Assembly: GCA_963720545.1 (NCBI GenBank)
Contig: OY970399.1
Span: 2,368,001-2,432,000 of the forward strand
DNA from: an uncultured Acidobacteriota bacterium
GTDB taxonomy: Bacteria; Acidobacteriota; Vicinamibacteria; Fen-336
Direction of reading: 5' to 3'
Length of the DNA stretch: 64,000 nucleotides
This document shows, one piece after another, positions 1-9,441 of this stretch. The notes beneath the pieces are model-generated. The model was not told the origin of the DNA, made no database searches, and worked only from the letters and a program-made list of their open reading frames with translations. The position numbers and the translations under genes were made by a program. Position 1 is the first letter of the stretch. Each line of letters begins with the position of its first letter.

Positions 1-1
1 C

Positions 2-1213
2 GACATCGGCACCCACAAGGTGTCGGCGATCGTCGCCGAGATCAGCGACGACTCGCGCCTCGACGTCATCGGCACCGGCCAGGCCGAGTCGAAGGGCCTG
101 CGCAAGGGCGTCGTCATCAACCTCGAGGCCACCGTCGACTCGATCAAGCGCGTGGTCGAGGAAGCGGAGCTGATGGCCGGTGTCGAGATCGGTTCGGCCT
201 ACGTCGGCATCGCCGGCACCCACATCCGCGGCTTCAACTCGCGCGGCGTGGTGGCGGTGAACAGCAAGAACCGCATCATCACCATGGACGACGTGCGCCG
301 TTCGATCGAGGCCGCCAAGGCGGTGTCGATCCCGGTGGACCGCGAGATCCTGCACGTGCTGCCGCAGGAGTTCGTGGTCGACGACCAGGACGGCATCGGC
401 GACCCCACCGGCATGACCGGCACGCGCCTCGAGGTGAACGTGCACATCGTCACCTGCTCGCAGACCGCGGCGCAGAACACCATCACCTGCGTCAACCGCG
501 CCGGCCTCGAGGTGATCGACACCGTGCTCACCCAGATCGCCGCGGCCGAGGCGTGCATCACCGCGGACGAGAAGGAGCTGGGTGTGGCGCTCGTCGACAT
601 CGGCGGCGGCACCACCGACATCGCCATCTTCGAGAAGGGCTCGCTGTGGCACACCGCGGTGCTGCAGGTGGGCGGCGAGCACTTCACCAACGACGTGGCG
701 GTGGCGCTGCGCACGCCGGTGAGCGAGGCCGAGAAGATCAAGAAGAAGCACGGCTGCGCGCTCACCTCGATGGTCAGCGAGGAGGACTCGATCGAGGTGC
801 CGACGGTCGGCGGCCGCAAGCCGCGCATCATGGCGCGCCAGGTGCTGGGCGACGTCATCCAGGCGCGCGCCGAGGAGCTGTGCCAGATGATCCTCACCGA
901 GATCCGCCGTGCCGGCTTCGACCGCTCGCTGAACAGCGGTGTGGTGCTGACCGGCGGCGGCGCCATCCTCGACGGCCTGCCGGAACTGGCCGAGCAGATC
1001 TTCGACATGCCGGTGCGGCGCGGCACGCCGTCCGGGGTCGGCGGCCTGCTCGACATCGTCTCGAACCCCACCTGTTCGACGGCCGTCGGGCTGGTGCTGA
1101 GCGGCTATCGCAACCGCCTCGGCCGCAGCCTGCAGTCGAGCCGCCCGGCCGCCACCGGCACTTTCGGCAAGATGACCGGGCGCATCAAAGAACTGCTCGC
1201 GGACTTTTTCTGA
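2..1213 (+). CDS. ftsA: Cell division protein FtsA (5' end truncated by window)
   Basis: Frame reads DIGTHKV from base 2; [29 protein letters not shown] actin-like motifs; C-terminal amphipathic helix ([10 protein letters not shown]); upstream of ftsZ. Confidence 0.97.
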   Translation, partial: DIGTHKVSAIVAEISDDSRLDVIGTGQAESKGLRKGVVINLEATVDSIKRVVEEAELMAGVEIGSAYVGIAGTHIRGFNSRGVVAVNSKNRIITMDDVRRSIEAAKAVSIPVDREILHVLPQEFVVDDQDGIGDPTGMTGTRLEVNVHIVTCSQTAAQNTITCVNRAGLEVIDTVLTQIAAAEACITADEKELGVALVDIGGGTTDIAIFEKGSLWHTAVLQVGGEHFTNDVAVALRTPVSEAEKIKKKHGCALTSMVSEEDSIEVPTVGGRKPRIMARQVLGDVIQARAEELCQMILTEIRRAGFDRSLNSGVVLTGGGAILDGLPELAEQIFDMPVRRGTPSGVGGLLDIVSNPTCSTAVGLVLSGYRNRLGRSLQSSRPAATGTFGKMTGRIKELLADFF

Positions 1214-1419
1214 TGAGGAGAGCAATCGACAGCCGCCGCAGCGAAGGCGTGGCGTTCCCGCCGCTGCCTGCCGTTCTCGCTTCAACCAGCCGCAAGACGC
1301 CGCTCGGGCGCGCCGTTGCCCGCCTGTGCGCGTGCTGCGGCCAGTCGCTTCTGACGTCCCATCGCGGCGGTTTCTGCCCGCGATGCGGTTTCATGACGGA
1401 TTCAGTGGAGGGCGCCTAG
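1213..1419 (+). CDS. Putative 68-aa zinc-ribbon small protein
   Basis: ATG overlaps ftsA stop (TGATG); CACC...CPRC motif; TAG ends 2 nt before the ftsZ ATG; mostly G/C-ending codons. Confidence 0.5.
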   Translation: MRRAIDSRRSEGVAFPPLPAVLASTSRKTPLGRAVARLCACCGQSLLTSHRGGFCPRCGFMTDSVEGA

Positions 1420-1421
1420 AG

Positions 1422-2630
1422 ATGAAGATGCATGAAGACAATCCCAACCGGATCACTTTCGCCGACGATCCCGAAACCCGCGGCGCCAAGATCAAGGTGG
1501 TGGGCGTGGGCGGTGGCGGCGGCAACGCCGTGAGCCGCATGATCGCCTCCGGCCTGCAGGGGGTCGAGTTCCTGGTGGTCAACTCCGACCTGCAGGCGCT
1601 GCACGGCAACAAGGCGCCGCAGAAGATCCAGATCGGCAGCAAGCTGACCAAGGGCCTCGGCGCCGGCGCCAACCCCGAGGTCGGCCGGCAGTCGGCGATC
1701 GAGGACACCGAGAAGATCTGCGACGCGCTCGAGGGCTCCGACATGGTGTTCATCACCGCGGGCCTCGGCGGCGGCACCGGCACCGGCGCCGCGCCGGTGA
1801 TCGCTTCCATCGCCTCGCAGCTCGGCGGCGACAACGGCGGCGCGCTGACGGTGGCGGTGGTGACGCTGCCCTTCGCCCTCGAAGGCAAGCGCCGCATGAC
1901 CCAGGCGCTCGACGGCCTGGCGGCGCTCAAGGAGTGCGTCGACTCGGTGATCGCGATCCCGAACGACCGCCTGCTGCAGACGGTCGCGCGCAACACGCCG
2001 GTGACCGAGGCGTTCCGCGTCGCCGACGACGTGCTGCGCCAGGCGGTGCAGGGCATCAGCGACATCATCACCGTGCCCGGCCAGATCAACCTCGACTTCG
2101 CCGACGTGCGCGCGGTGATGAAGGGCATGGGCCAGGCGGTGATGGGCACCGGCATCGGCGAGGGCGAGAACCGGGCGCTCGAGGCGGCGCAGCGCGCCAT
2201 CTCGAACCCGCTCCTCGAAGACAGCTCGATCGAGGGCGCGCGCGGCATCATCGTCAACATCACCGGCGGTCCGGACCTGTCGCTGTCCGAAGCCGCCGAT
2301 GCCACCGCGCTCATCACCAAGGTGGCCGACCCCGAGGCCAACATCATTTACGGCATCGTCACCGACGAAGCCATGGGCGATGCGGTCAAGGTGACGGTGA
2401 TCGCCACCGGCTTCAGCAAGAGCGTGCGCCGCGTGCCGTCTACGCCCGTGGACCTCACCAACTTCGTCGGCGCCGCGGCGGCCGCCGCCGCTGCGGACTT
2501 GCCGGCGGCCGATCCCGCCGGGTTCTACCGCAAGACCCCGCAGCCGCAGGCGGCCGCGGGCGGCGGCGGCCGCTTCGACCTCAACGTGCCCGCATTCCTG
2601 CGCAAGCAGGGCGGCGGCAGCGGCGAGTAG
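1422..2630 (+). CDS. ftsZ: Cell division protein FtsZ
   Basis: [21 protein letters not shown] tubulin signature, INLDFAD, C-terminal LNVPAFLRK tail; GGAG upstream of ATG 1422. Confidence 0.98.
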   Translation: MKMHEDNPNRITFADDPETRGAKIKVVGVGGGGGNAVSRMIASGLQGVEFLVVNSDLQALHGNKAPQKIQIGSKLTKGLGAGANPEVGRQSAIEDTEKICDALEGSDMVFITAGLGGGTGTGAAPVIASIASQLGGDNGGALTVAVVTLPFALEGKRRMTQALDGLAALKECVDSVIAIPNDRLLQTVARNTPVTEAFRVADDVLRQAVQGISDIITVPGQINLDFADVRAVMKGMGQAVMGTGIGEGENRALEAAQRAISNPLLEDSSIEGARGIIVNITGGPDLSLSEAADATALITKVADPEANIIYGIVTDEAMGDAVKVTVIATGFSKSVRRVPSTPVDLTNFVGAAAAAAAADLPAADPAGFYRKTPQPQAAAGGGGRFDLNVPAFLRKQGGGSGE

Positions 2631-4028
2631 CTACTTCCCGGTCTTCGCGGGTGCCTGCGGCAGGCGCTCCGGCAGCTCGGCGATCACGTAGGCCATGACG
2701 GCCATGGTGGCTGCGGAAGCGGCCACCTCCGCCGGGTCGAGCTGGTTGAGCGTGTCGGCCTGCGTGTGGTGCAGGAGAAAGTAGCGCGCGCCGTCCACGT
2801 CGAGCGACAGCGACGGCAGGTTCTGCTCCTTCACGATCGGGCCGATGTCGGCGCCGCCGCCCTGCACCGCGACCTCGGTGGCGGCGATCGGTGCCAAAAG
2901 CGCCGCGATCTCGCGCACCGTTGCGCGCGCGGCATCGCTGCCGGTGAAGCCGACGCCCACCGGCTTGAAGACGCCGGAGTCCGACTCGAGTGCCGCGACG
3001 TGGGTTTCGCCCTGGTGCGCATCCTTGTAGGCGGTGCCGCCGCGCAGGCCGTTCTCCTCGTTCGTGAACAGCACCACGCGGATCGTGCGGCGCGGGCGCA
3101 GGTTGAGCGACTTCAGGACGCGCACCGCTTCCCAGGCGGCCATGCTGCCGCCGCCATCGTCCATGGCGCCGACGCCGACGTCCCACGAATCGATGTGGCC
3201 GCCGATCACCACCACCTCGTCCGGCTTCTCGCGGCCGCGCCATTCCGCCACCACGTTCGCCGACTCCGAATCGGGCAGGAACTTCGCTTCCATCTTCAGG
3301 GTCACCACGACCTTCTGCTTGCGGTCGAGGATGCGCTGGATGCGGTCGGCATCCTCCACGGGAATCGCCGCCGCCGGAATCTGCGGCTGGTCCTTGTCGT
3401 AGTTCATGCCGCCGGTGTGCGCGGTGCGCAGGCCGGGCAGCCCCACCGAGCGCAGCAGCATGGCAACGGCGCCCTTTTGCGCCGCTTGCGAAGCGCCGCC
3501 GCCGCGATACTTCACGGTTTCGCCGTAGTTCGTGAACGGCACGTTGAAGAGCACGATGCGGCCCTTGACCTCGGCCGCGCGCGCCTCGAGCTCCTCGTAG
3601 CTGCGCACCGCGACGACCTCTCCGGTGATGCCCGCTGCCGGCGTGCCGATGCTGTTGCCAAGACCCAGGAGCACGAGCGGCCCGCCCGCCGGCTCCACCA
3701 GTTCCAGGCTTTCCGCGCCGCGCACCCACGCCGGCACCATCACCGGCTCGAGGCGCACGTTCTCGAGCCCGTCCTTCTTCATCTGGTCCGCGCACCAGCG
3801 AATCGCCGCCTCGAGCCGCGCCGAACCGGACAGCCGGTTGCCGAAGGTGTCGGTCAGCTCGGCGAGCCGTTGCCACGCCTTGCCGTCCTTTGCCGCGGCG
3901 ATGATGCGCCCGGCCGCGTCACGATAGGACGCGACGTCCTGTGCCTGCGCACCGGATGCGAAGAGGCCCAGTGCGCAAGCCGTGGCAACCGCGCCGCGTC
4001 CGTGTCGTTCCCAAGACGTGTGGCTCAT
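2631..4028 (-). CDS. M28 family metallopeptidase (carboxypeptidase Q-like, PA domain), exported
   Basis: GGHIDSWD, GAMDDGGG, FTNEENGLRG, LESDSG, HHTQADT motifs; signal peptide ending AQA. Confidence 0.88.
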   Translation of the reverse strand: MSHTSWERHGRGAVATACALGLFASGAQAQDVASYRDAAGRIIAAAKDGKAWQRLAELTDTFGNRLSGSARLEAAIRWCADQMKKDGLENVRLEPVMVPAWVRGAESLELVEPAGGPLVLLGLGNSIGTPAAGITGEVVAVRSYEELEARAAEVKGRIVLFNVPFTNYGETVKYRGGGASQAAQKGAVAMLLRSVGLPGLRTAHTGGMNYDKDQPQIPAAAIPVEDADRIQRILDRKQKVVVTLKMEAKFLPDSESANVVAEWRGREKPDEVVVIGGHIDSWDVGVGAMDDGGGSMAAWEAVRVLKSLNLRPRRTIRVVLFTNEENGLRGGTAYKDAHQGETHVAALESDSGVFKPVGVGFTGSDAARATVREIAALLAPIAATEVAVQGGGADIGPIVKEQNLPSLSLDVDGARYFLLHHTQADTLNQLDPAEVAASAATMAVMAYVIAELPERLPQAPAKTGK

Positions 4029-5089
4029 CCTTGCCCTCTGATTCCTTTCCAGGCCCGTTCGACGATGGTCGTAATGGTGAAGACCCAATCTTCATCCATT
4101 TGTGGGTTTCGTTCCGCCCAGGGTCCGGTGCGCAGGTCGTCGAACGTAAGGTTCTTCTGGATCCAGTCGAGCGGCCGGCCCTCACGGACGCTCGCTTCCA
4201 CGCTCGTCACCACCGCCTCCAGCAACGCGCGCACCTGCCGCACGTAGGAGTGGTCGCGCATCACCGGACCATGGCCGGGGACGAGGGCGCTCACCGGGAT
4301 CGCCTCCAGCGACCGCAGCACGGAGATCCAGGGCAGCGGCCACGAGGCGCCGGTGTAGGGGAATGGCGATTGCACCACGATGTCGCCGGTGAACAGGATC
4401 TTCTCGGCCGGCAGGTAGACGGTGGCATCGTGCGGGCTGTTGGCCGGCCCCCAATCCTTGACGAGCACCGTCCGCCCGCCGAGGTCGAGCGTCAGTTCCT
4501 GGTCAAGGACGCGCTCGGGCCGCACCACCGTCAGATGCGCCAACTCGTCGAGCTCGCCCCGCCGCTGCACGGCGAACGCAGCCTTTTTCGCATCCTTGCC
4601 CGCTGCCGCCTCGGCTTCGAGCGCCGCCAGGGAAGCGCGCCGCGATGAGCCGTCTGCCGTGCTGAAGCGGCTCCAGTAGCGGCTGTTGATGTCGATGAAG
4701 CGCGCGGTGTCGCGCTGCGCCACCACTTCGATGCCGGGGAAGGCCTCGCGATACGCGATCGTGCCGTTGTTGTGATCCATGTGCCAGTGGGTGATGACCA
4801 GGTAGTCCACGGGCTTCTGCGTGACCTGGCGGATGAGCGCGATGTCTTTCACCGCCCGCGAAGGCAGGTAGCACGAGTCGATTACCAGCACTGCGTGCGT
4901 GCCGATGACGACACCGGTGTTGCCGTGCGGCCACTCGTCGGTGGCATCGTCGTGCAGCACCGCGTAAACGCCGTCGGCGAGGCGCTGCATGCGCGCGCCG
5001 CTGTCCTTCACCTCCGGCTCCGCCCAGGCGGCGGTGGCGACGAACGCCGTGGCAAGAAACGCGAGCGGCAGGCTTCTCTTGATTTTCAT
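4025..5089 (-). CDS. MBL-fold metallo-hydrolase, exported
   Basis: THWHMDH, FTGD, VPGHG motifs; signal peptide ending AWA; ATGA overlap with the peptidase gene. Confidence 0.85.
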   Translation of the reverse strand: MKIKRSLPLAFLATAFVATAAWAEPEVKDSGARMQRLADGVYAVLHDDATDEWPHGNTGVVIGTHAVLVIDSCYLPSRAVKDIALIRQVTQKPVDYLVITHWHMDHNNGTIAYREAFPGIEVVAQRDTARFIDINSRYWSRFSTADGSSRRASLAALEAEAAAGKDAKKAAFAVQRRGELDELAHLTVVRPERVLDQELTLDLGGRTVLVKDWGPANSPHDATVYLPAEKILFTGDIVVQSPFPYTGASWPLPWISVLRSLEAIPVSALVPGHGPVMRDHSYVRQVRALLEAVVTSVEASVREGRPLDWIQKNLTFDDLRTGPWAERNPQMDEDWVFTITTIVERAWKGIRGQG

Positions 5090-5130
5090 TGCGGCGATGC
5101 TAGCTGCGCCGGCCCTGCGCGCCGCATGGT

Positions 5131-5434
5131 TCAATGCGCTGAAGCGCGCGCGCTGCCGCCGAACGCCGCGAGCAGTTCGTCACGGGTCGGACCGGTGGGG
5201 CCGATATGAGCGGCGAAGCGCTCGAACCCGGCGCGGTCGCCTTGCTGCAGGGCCCGCACCGCGGCCACAAGATGGGCCGTCTCGCCCAACCGGCACGGCA
5301 GTTGCGGCGGCTTCGCCCAGCGCCGATGTCAGCTGCGCCACGTAGAAGGCATCGTCCCAACCCGTCAGCGTCGGCTGCCGGCAGATCGTGAACATCGCCA
5401 GGACTGCGATGAGAAAGACCGAATGCCGCCGCAT
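5131..5434 (-). pseudogene. Probable remnant of a membrane protein gene (internal deletion or frameshift)
   Basis: N-terminus is a TM helix followed by GWDDAFY (GT-C-like); after ~5300 a coding-like frame continues out of frame (LGETAHLVAAVRALQQGDRAGFERFAAH...) to TGA at 5131. Confidence 0.35.
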
Positions 5435-5479
5435 GGCTCCTGAGCCCATGGGCCCTCCTATGACATCATTATGCCGCCC

Positions 5480-5932
5480 ATGTCAGAGCCGCTGGTAGAC
5501 GTCGTCAAGGTCATGGACGAGATCCGCGCGGCGATCCGCCGCAAGCGCGAGGCGGGCTATTACAGCGACGAGGAAGTCGAGGACCTCGCCAACCTGCGCG
5601 CCCGCTCGTGGGGCGAGGCGGCCGGCATCGATGCGGCACTCCTCGGCCAGATCCTGCACCCGAGCCACGACTGGAACGTGTCGCCCGCCTACAAGGTCGA
5701 GTCGCATCGCGGCGGCGCCTTTGGCGCGCTCAGCGTGGCGCTGAAGAAGCTGGTCAGCCCGTTCGTGCGGCTCTACACCGACCATGTCACGAGCCGCCAG
5801 GCGCAGATCAACCTCTACCTCTTTTACGTCCTCAAGAACACCCTGCTGGAGCAGACCCGCCTGCAGTTCGAGGTGCGCGCGCTGCGCGCTCAGCTGGAAG
5901 CGCGCGACAGCCGGCAGCCGCCGCGGCCTTAA
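5480..5932 (+). CDS. Hypothetical protein, probably co-transcribed with the glycosyltransferase
   Basis: Strong codon bias; VDVVKVMDEIR N-terminus and coiled-coil C-terminus; 7 nt before the GT4 gene. Confidence 0.75.
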   Translation: MSEPLVDVVKVMDEIRAAIRRKREAGYYSDEEVEDLANLRARSWGEAAGIDAALLGQILHPSHDWNVSPAYKVESHRGGAFGALSVALKKLVSPFVRLYTDHVTSRQAQINLYLFYVLKNTLLEQTRLQFEVRALRAQLEARDSRQPPRP

Positions 5933-5939
5933 GAAGAAG

Positions 5940-7109
5940 ATGAAGATCGCGATCGTCGTACAGAGGTACGGCGAAGAGGTGGTGGGCGGCGCGGAGCTGC
6001 ACGCGCGCTGGATCGCCGAACACCTCGCCGAGCGCCACGACGTCGAGGTGCTGACCACTTGTGCCCTCGACTACCTCACCTGGGCGAACGAGTACGACGC
6101 GGGGCTCAGCAGCGTGCGCGAGGTGGCGGTGCGGCGCTTCGCGGTGGCGGAGCAGCGGGTTGCCGCACGCTTCGACCCGCTCACCGCGCGCGTGCATCTC
6201 GGCGCCCACAGCGATGCCGACGAGCGCGCCTGGATGGACGAGCACGGCCCGCGCACGCCGGCGCTGCTCGAGCACATTCGCAGGCACGGTACCGACTACG
6301 CCGCGTTCTTGTTCTTTTCCTACCGGTACTGGACTACTTTCCACGGCCTGCCGATCGTCGCCAGGAACGCCATCCTGGCACCCACCGCGGAAGCGGACCA
6401 GACCGTCCATCTGCGCCTCTTCAAGCCGTTCTTTCGCCTGCCCGCGGCCTACGCCTTCAACACCCCCGAAGAACGCGAGCTGCTGCTGAGCGCCGCCGCC
6501 GAGAAGTCGCTGCCCGGCGAGGTGGTGGGCGTCGGCATCGACGAGGCGCGTGCCACCCCGGAAGCCGACCTGCGCCGCCGCCTCGACCTGCCGAAGCAGT
6601 TCATCGCCTACGTCGGCCGCATCGAGAAGGCGAAGGGCTGCGACCGCCTGTTCGCCGACTACATCCGCTTCGCGCACGAGGAGACGAACGCGCCCGCGCT
6701 GGTGCTCGTCGGCAAGCCGGTCCTGCCCATACCGAACCACCGCGGCATCGTCCACCTCGGCGTGCTGAGCGACGCCGACAAGCTCGGGATCATCCGCGCG
6801 AGCCGGCTGCTGGTGCAGCCGAGCCCCTTCGAGAGCCTGTCGATGGTGTTGCTCGAGGCGTGGAAGATGGGCCGGCCCGCCCTCGTGAACGGCCGCTGCG
6901 ACGTCATGCGCGGCCAGGCCCAGCGCGCCAACGGCGGGCTTTACTACTCCTCTTATATGGAGTTCGCCGAGTGCCTGCGCTACCTCTTGGCAAACCCCCA
7001 AGCCGCTGAATCGATGGGGTTTGCTGGCGAGGCGTACATGAACGCCAACTACGACTGGGGCGTCGTCATGGCGAAGTACGAGAGGCTGCTCGAGATCGCC
7101 GCCCGCTAG
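5940..7109 (+). CDS. Glycosyltransferase family 4
   Basis: MKIAIV..GGAE, YVGRIEKAKG, PSPFESLSMVLLEAW (EX7E). Confidence 0.92.
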   Translation: MKIAIVVQRYGEEVVGGAELHARWIAEHLAERHDVEVLTTCALDYLTWANEYDAGLSSVREVAVRRFAVAEQRVAARFDPLTARVHLGAHSDADERAWMDEHGPRTPALLEHIRRHGTDYAAFLFFSYRYWTTFHGLPIVARNAILAPTAEADQTVHLRLFKPFFRLPAAYAFNTPEERELLLSAAAEKSLPGEVVGVGIDEARATPEADLRRRLDLPKQFIAYVGRIEKAKGCDRLFADYIRFAHEETNAPALVLVGKPVLPIPNHRGIVHLGVLSDADKLGIIRASRLLVQPSPFESLSMVLLEAWKMGRPALVNGRCDVMRGQAQRANGGLYYSSYMEFAECLRYLLANPQAAESMGFAGEAYMNANYDWGVVMAKYERLLEIAAR

Positions 7110-7161
7110 AGACACCGCGGGCAATCGCGTCCTTGCCGCTAAACTGTTGAGTGGCAAGCCA

Positions 7162-8964
7162 ATGTCCGCAACCCCCGATGACGCGCGCGACCTGCGCAGC
7201 GCCGAGATTCCGCTTCGAGGCGAAAAGCACGCCGGATCTTTCCGCGTTTGCGTCATCTACCCGAATCTCTATTTCGTCGGCATGTCGAACCTCGGCTTCC
7301 AGGGTGTGCAGGCTCTCTTCAACGAAGCGCCCGACGTCGTCTGCGAGCGGGCCTTCCTGCCGAGCGACGCCGCGCGCGCGGCGCTCGAGAAGAGCGGCAA
7401 GCCGCTCGCAAGCCTCGAGACCGGCACCGACCTGCGCCGCTTCGACATGCTCGCCTTCTCGATCTCGTTCGAGAACGACTACCTGCACGTGCTGCAGATC
7501 CTGCGCATGGCCGGCATCGCGCTGCGCCCGGAACAGCGCACCGACCGCGACCCCGTCATCGTCTTCGGCGGCGCCGCTGTCTTCCTGAATCCCGAGCCGC
7601 TCGCACCGTTTGCCGACGTCGTTGCCGTAGGCGAGGGCGAGAACCTGGTGCCGAAGCTGATGAACGCCTTCGCCGGCACCTCCAACCGCCAGGCCGCGAT
7701 CGATTCACTGCAGCCGAAGGAAGGCTTCTACATCCCGTCGCGGTACACCGTCTCTTACCACCAAGACGGCACCGTCGCGCGCTATGACGGGCCAGGCACC
7801 GTCATCAGGCAGCGCGCCTGGGCGGGCAAGATGGGCCTGCCGCAGACCACCATCCTCACGCCGCACACCGAGATGTCGATGAAGTTCCTGGTCGAGATCT
7901 CGCGCGGCTGTCCGTGCATGTGCCGCTTCTGCTGGGCGGGCTACAACTACCTGCCGGTGCGCGGCTTCTCGCGCGCCGAGATCGTCGGGCGGGCGAAGGA
8001 AGTGCGCGGCTTCACCAACAAGATCGGCCTGGTCTCGACCGCAGTCTGCGACCATCCCGAGATCAACGACATCGTCGACGACCTCGCGGCCATGGACTAC
8101 GAGGTGTCGGTCGCGTCGCTGCGCCTCGACGACCTCACGCCCGAGTTCGTGTTCAAGCTCGCCGACACAGGGGTGCAGGGACTGACGCTGGCACCCGAGT
8201 GCGGTTCGGACCGCATGCGCAAGATCATCAACAAGCAGTTCACCAACGAGGAGATCCTCGACAAGGCCACCTGGATCTTCGAGAACGGCATCAGGAACCT
8301 GAAGCTCTACTTCATGGTCGGGCTGCCGTTCGAGGAGCATTCGGACGTCGAGGCGATCGTCGACCTGACCGCGCAGATCCGCGAGCGCATGCTCGCCGTC
8401 GGCCGCAAGCGCGGCAGCGTCGGCCGCCTGCACCCCTCGGTCAACCCGTTCGTCCCCAAGCCGGGGACGCCCTATCAGTGGCTGCCCATGGAAGCGCCGA
8501 AGGAGAGCGACCGCAAGCTGCAGTACCTGCGCAAGGCGTTCGGCAAGATGCCGAACGTGAACGCGATCTGCAAGAGCGTCCGTTCCGGTGTGCACCAGTC
8601 GATCCTGGCGCTCGCCGACCGCCGCGTCGCCGACGCCCTCGAGATGGCGGTTGTCGAGGGCATCGACCTGAAGCGCGCGATGAAGGAACTGGGCCTCGAC
8701 CCGGCTTTCTACCTGTTCCGCGAACGCTCAAAGGACGAGATCCTGCCCTGGGACATCATCGACAACGGCGTCGCCAAGTCTTACTACTGGAGGGAACTCG
8801 AGCGCAGCCGCGCCGAGCGCCTCTCGCCGCACTGCCCCGAAATCCAGGGCTGCATCCGCTGCGGCGTCTGCGTCGAAACGCCGAACCCGTCCTACAAATT
8901 GCCGGACAAGTGGAAGGAACTGGGCACGTCGCCTCGCTACCTGCGAATGGCGCCGACAGCCTGA
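7162..8964 (+). CDS. Radical SAM protein with B12-binding-like N-terminus (TIGR03960-like)
   Basis: VGMSNLGF, EISRGCPCMCRFC (CxxxCxxC), TLAPE, LYFMVGLP, PFVPKPGTP, LPWD, C-terminal CxxCGVC. Confidence 0.88.
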   Translation: MSATPDDARDLRSAEIPLRGEKHAGSFRVCVIYPNLYFVGMSNLGFQGVQALFNEAPDVVCERAFLPSDAARAALEKSGKPLASLETGTDLRRFDMLAFSISFENDYLHVLQILRMAGIALRPEQRTDRDPVIVFGGAAVFLNPEPLAPFADVVAVGEGENLVPKLMNAFAGTSNRQAAIDSLQPKEGFYIPSRYTVSYHQDGTVARYDGPGTVIRQRAWAGKMGLPQTTILTPHTEMSMKFLVEISRGCPCMCRFCWAGYNYLPVRGFSRAEIVGRAKEVRGFTNKIGLVSTAVCDHPEINDIVDDLAAMDYEVSVASLRLDDLTPEFVFKLADTGVQGLTLAPECGSDRMRKIINKQFTNEEILDKATWIFENGIRNLKLYFMVGLPFEEHSDVEAIVDLTAQIRERMLAVGRKRGSVGRLHPSVNPFVPKPGTPYQWLPMEAPKESDRKLQYLRKAFGKMPNVNAICKSVRSGVHQSILALADRRVADALEMAVVEGIDLKRAMKELGLDPAFYLFRERSKDEILPWDIIDNGVAKSYYWRELERSRAERLSPHCPEIQGCIRCGVCVETPNPSYKLPDKWKELGTSPRYLRMAPTA

Positions 8965-8966
8965 AG

Positions 8967-9009
8967 GGGTCGCGGGCGGCCGTTTTCGAAAACTGGAACC
9001 GCCTGGCCC
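8967..9009 (+). terminator. GC-rich hairpin after the radical SAM gene
   Basis: Imperfect inverted repeat GGGCGG...CCGCCT around the palindrome GTTTTCGAAAAC; no U-tract. Confidence 0.3.
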
Positions 9010-9045
9010 GCCAACCGTAATAAATTCGGGATGAGGAGATCGTTC

Positions 9046-9441
9046 ATGCGGGCATGGCTGGGCTTTGCCTTCCTGGCGCTCACGGCTTGCGGCAGCGAGC
9101 CGTCTGCGGTGGCGGTGGGGCAGACGTTCGAACTCGGGGTTGCCAAGAGCCAGACGGTGGACAACAGGCTGCGGGTCACCCTGAACAGCGTCACTTCCGA
9201 CTCGCGGTGTCCCACCGACGTCACTTGCATCTGGGCGGGAGACGCGACGCTGCAGCTCACCGTTTCGGCACCCGGGGCTCCTGCGCGGAACGGCGAGCTG
9301 CATGCCGCGAAGCTCGACGAGAGCCTGAGCATCGGCGGATTCCTGATCCACCTGCGCGAGTTGCGTCCTGCGCCGCTCTCGACCCGGCCCATCGCCCCTG
9401 CCGACTACGTCGCGGTGCTGGTCGCCACCGAGGCAAAGTAG
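9046..9441 (+). CDS. Lipoprotein of unknown function
   Basis: Lipobox LTAC; DSRCPTDVTCIWAG motif. Confidence 0.8.
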   Translation: MRAWLGFAFLALTACGSEPSAVAVGQTFELGVAKSQTVDNRLRVTLNSVTSDSRCPTDVTCIWAGDATLQLTVSAPGAPARNGELHAAKLDESLSIGGFLIHLRELRPAPLSTRPIAPADYVAVLVATEAK

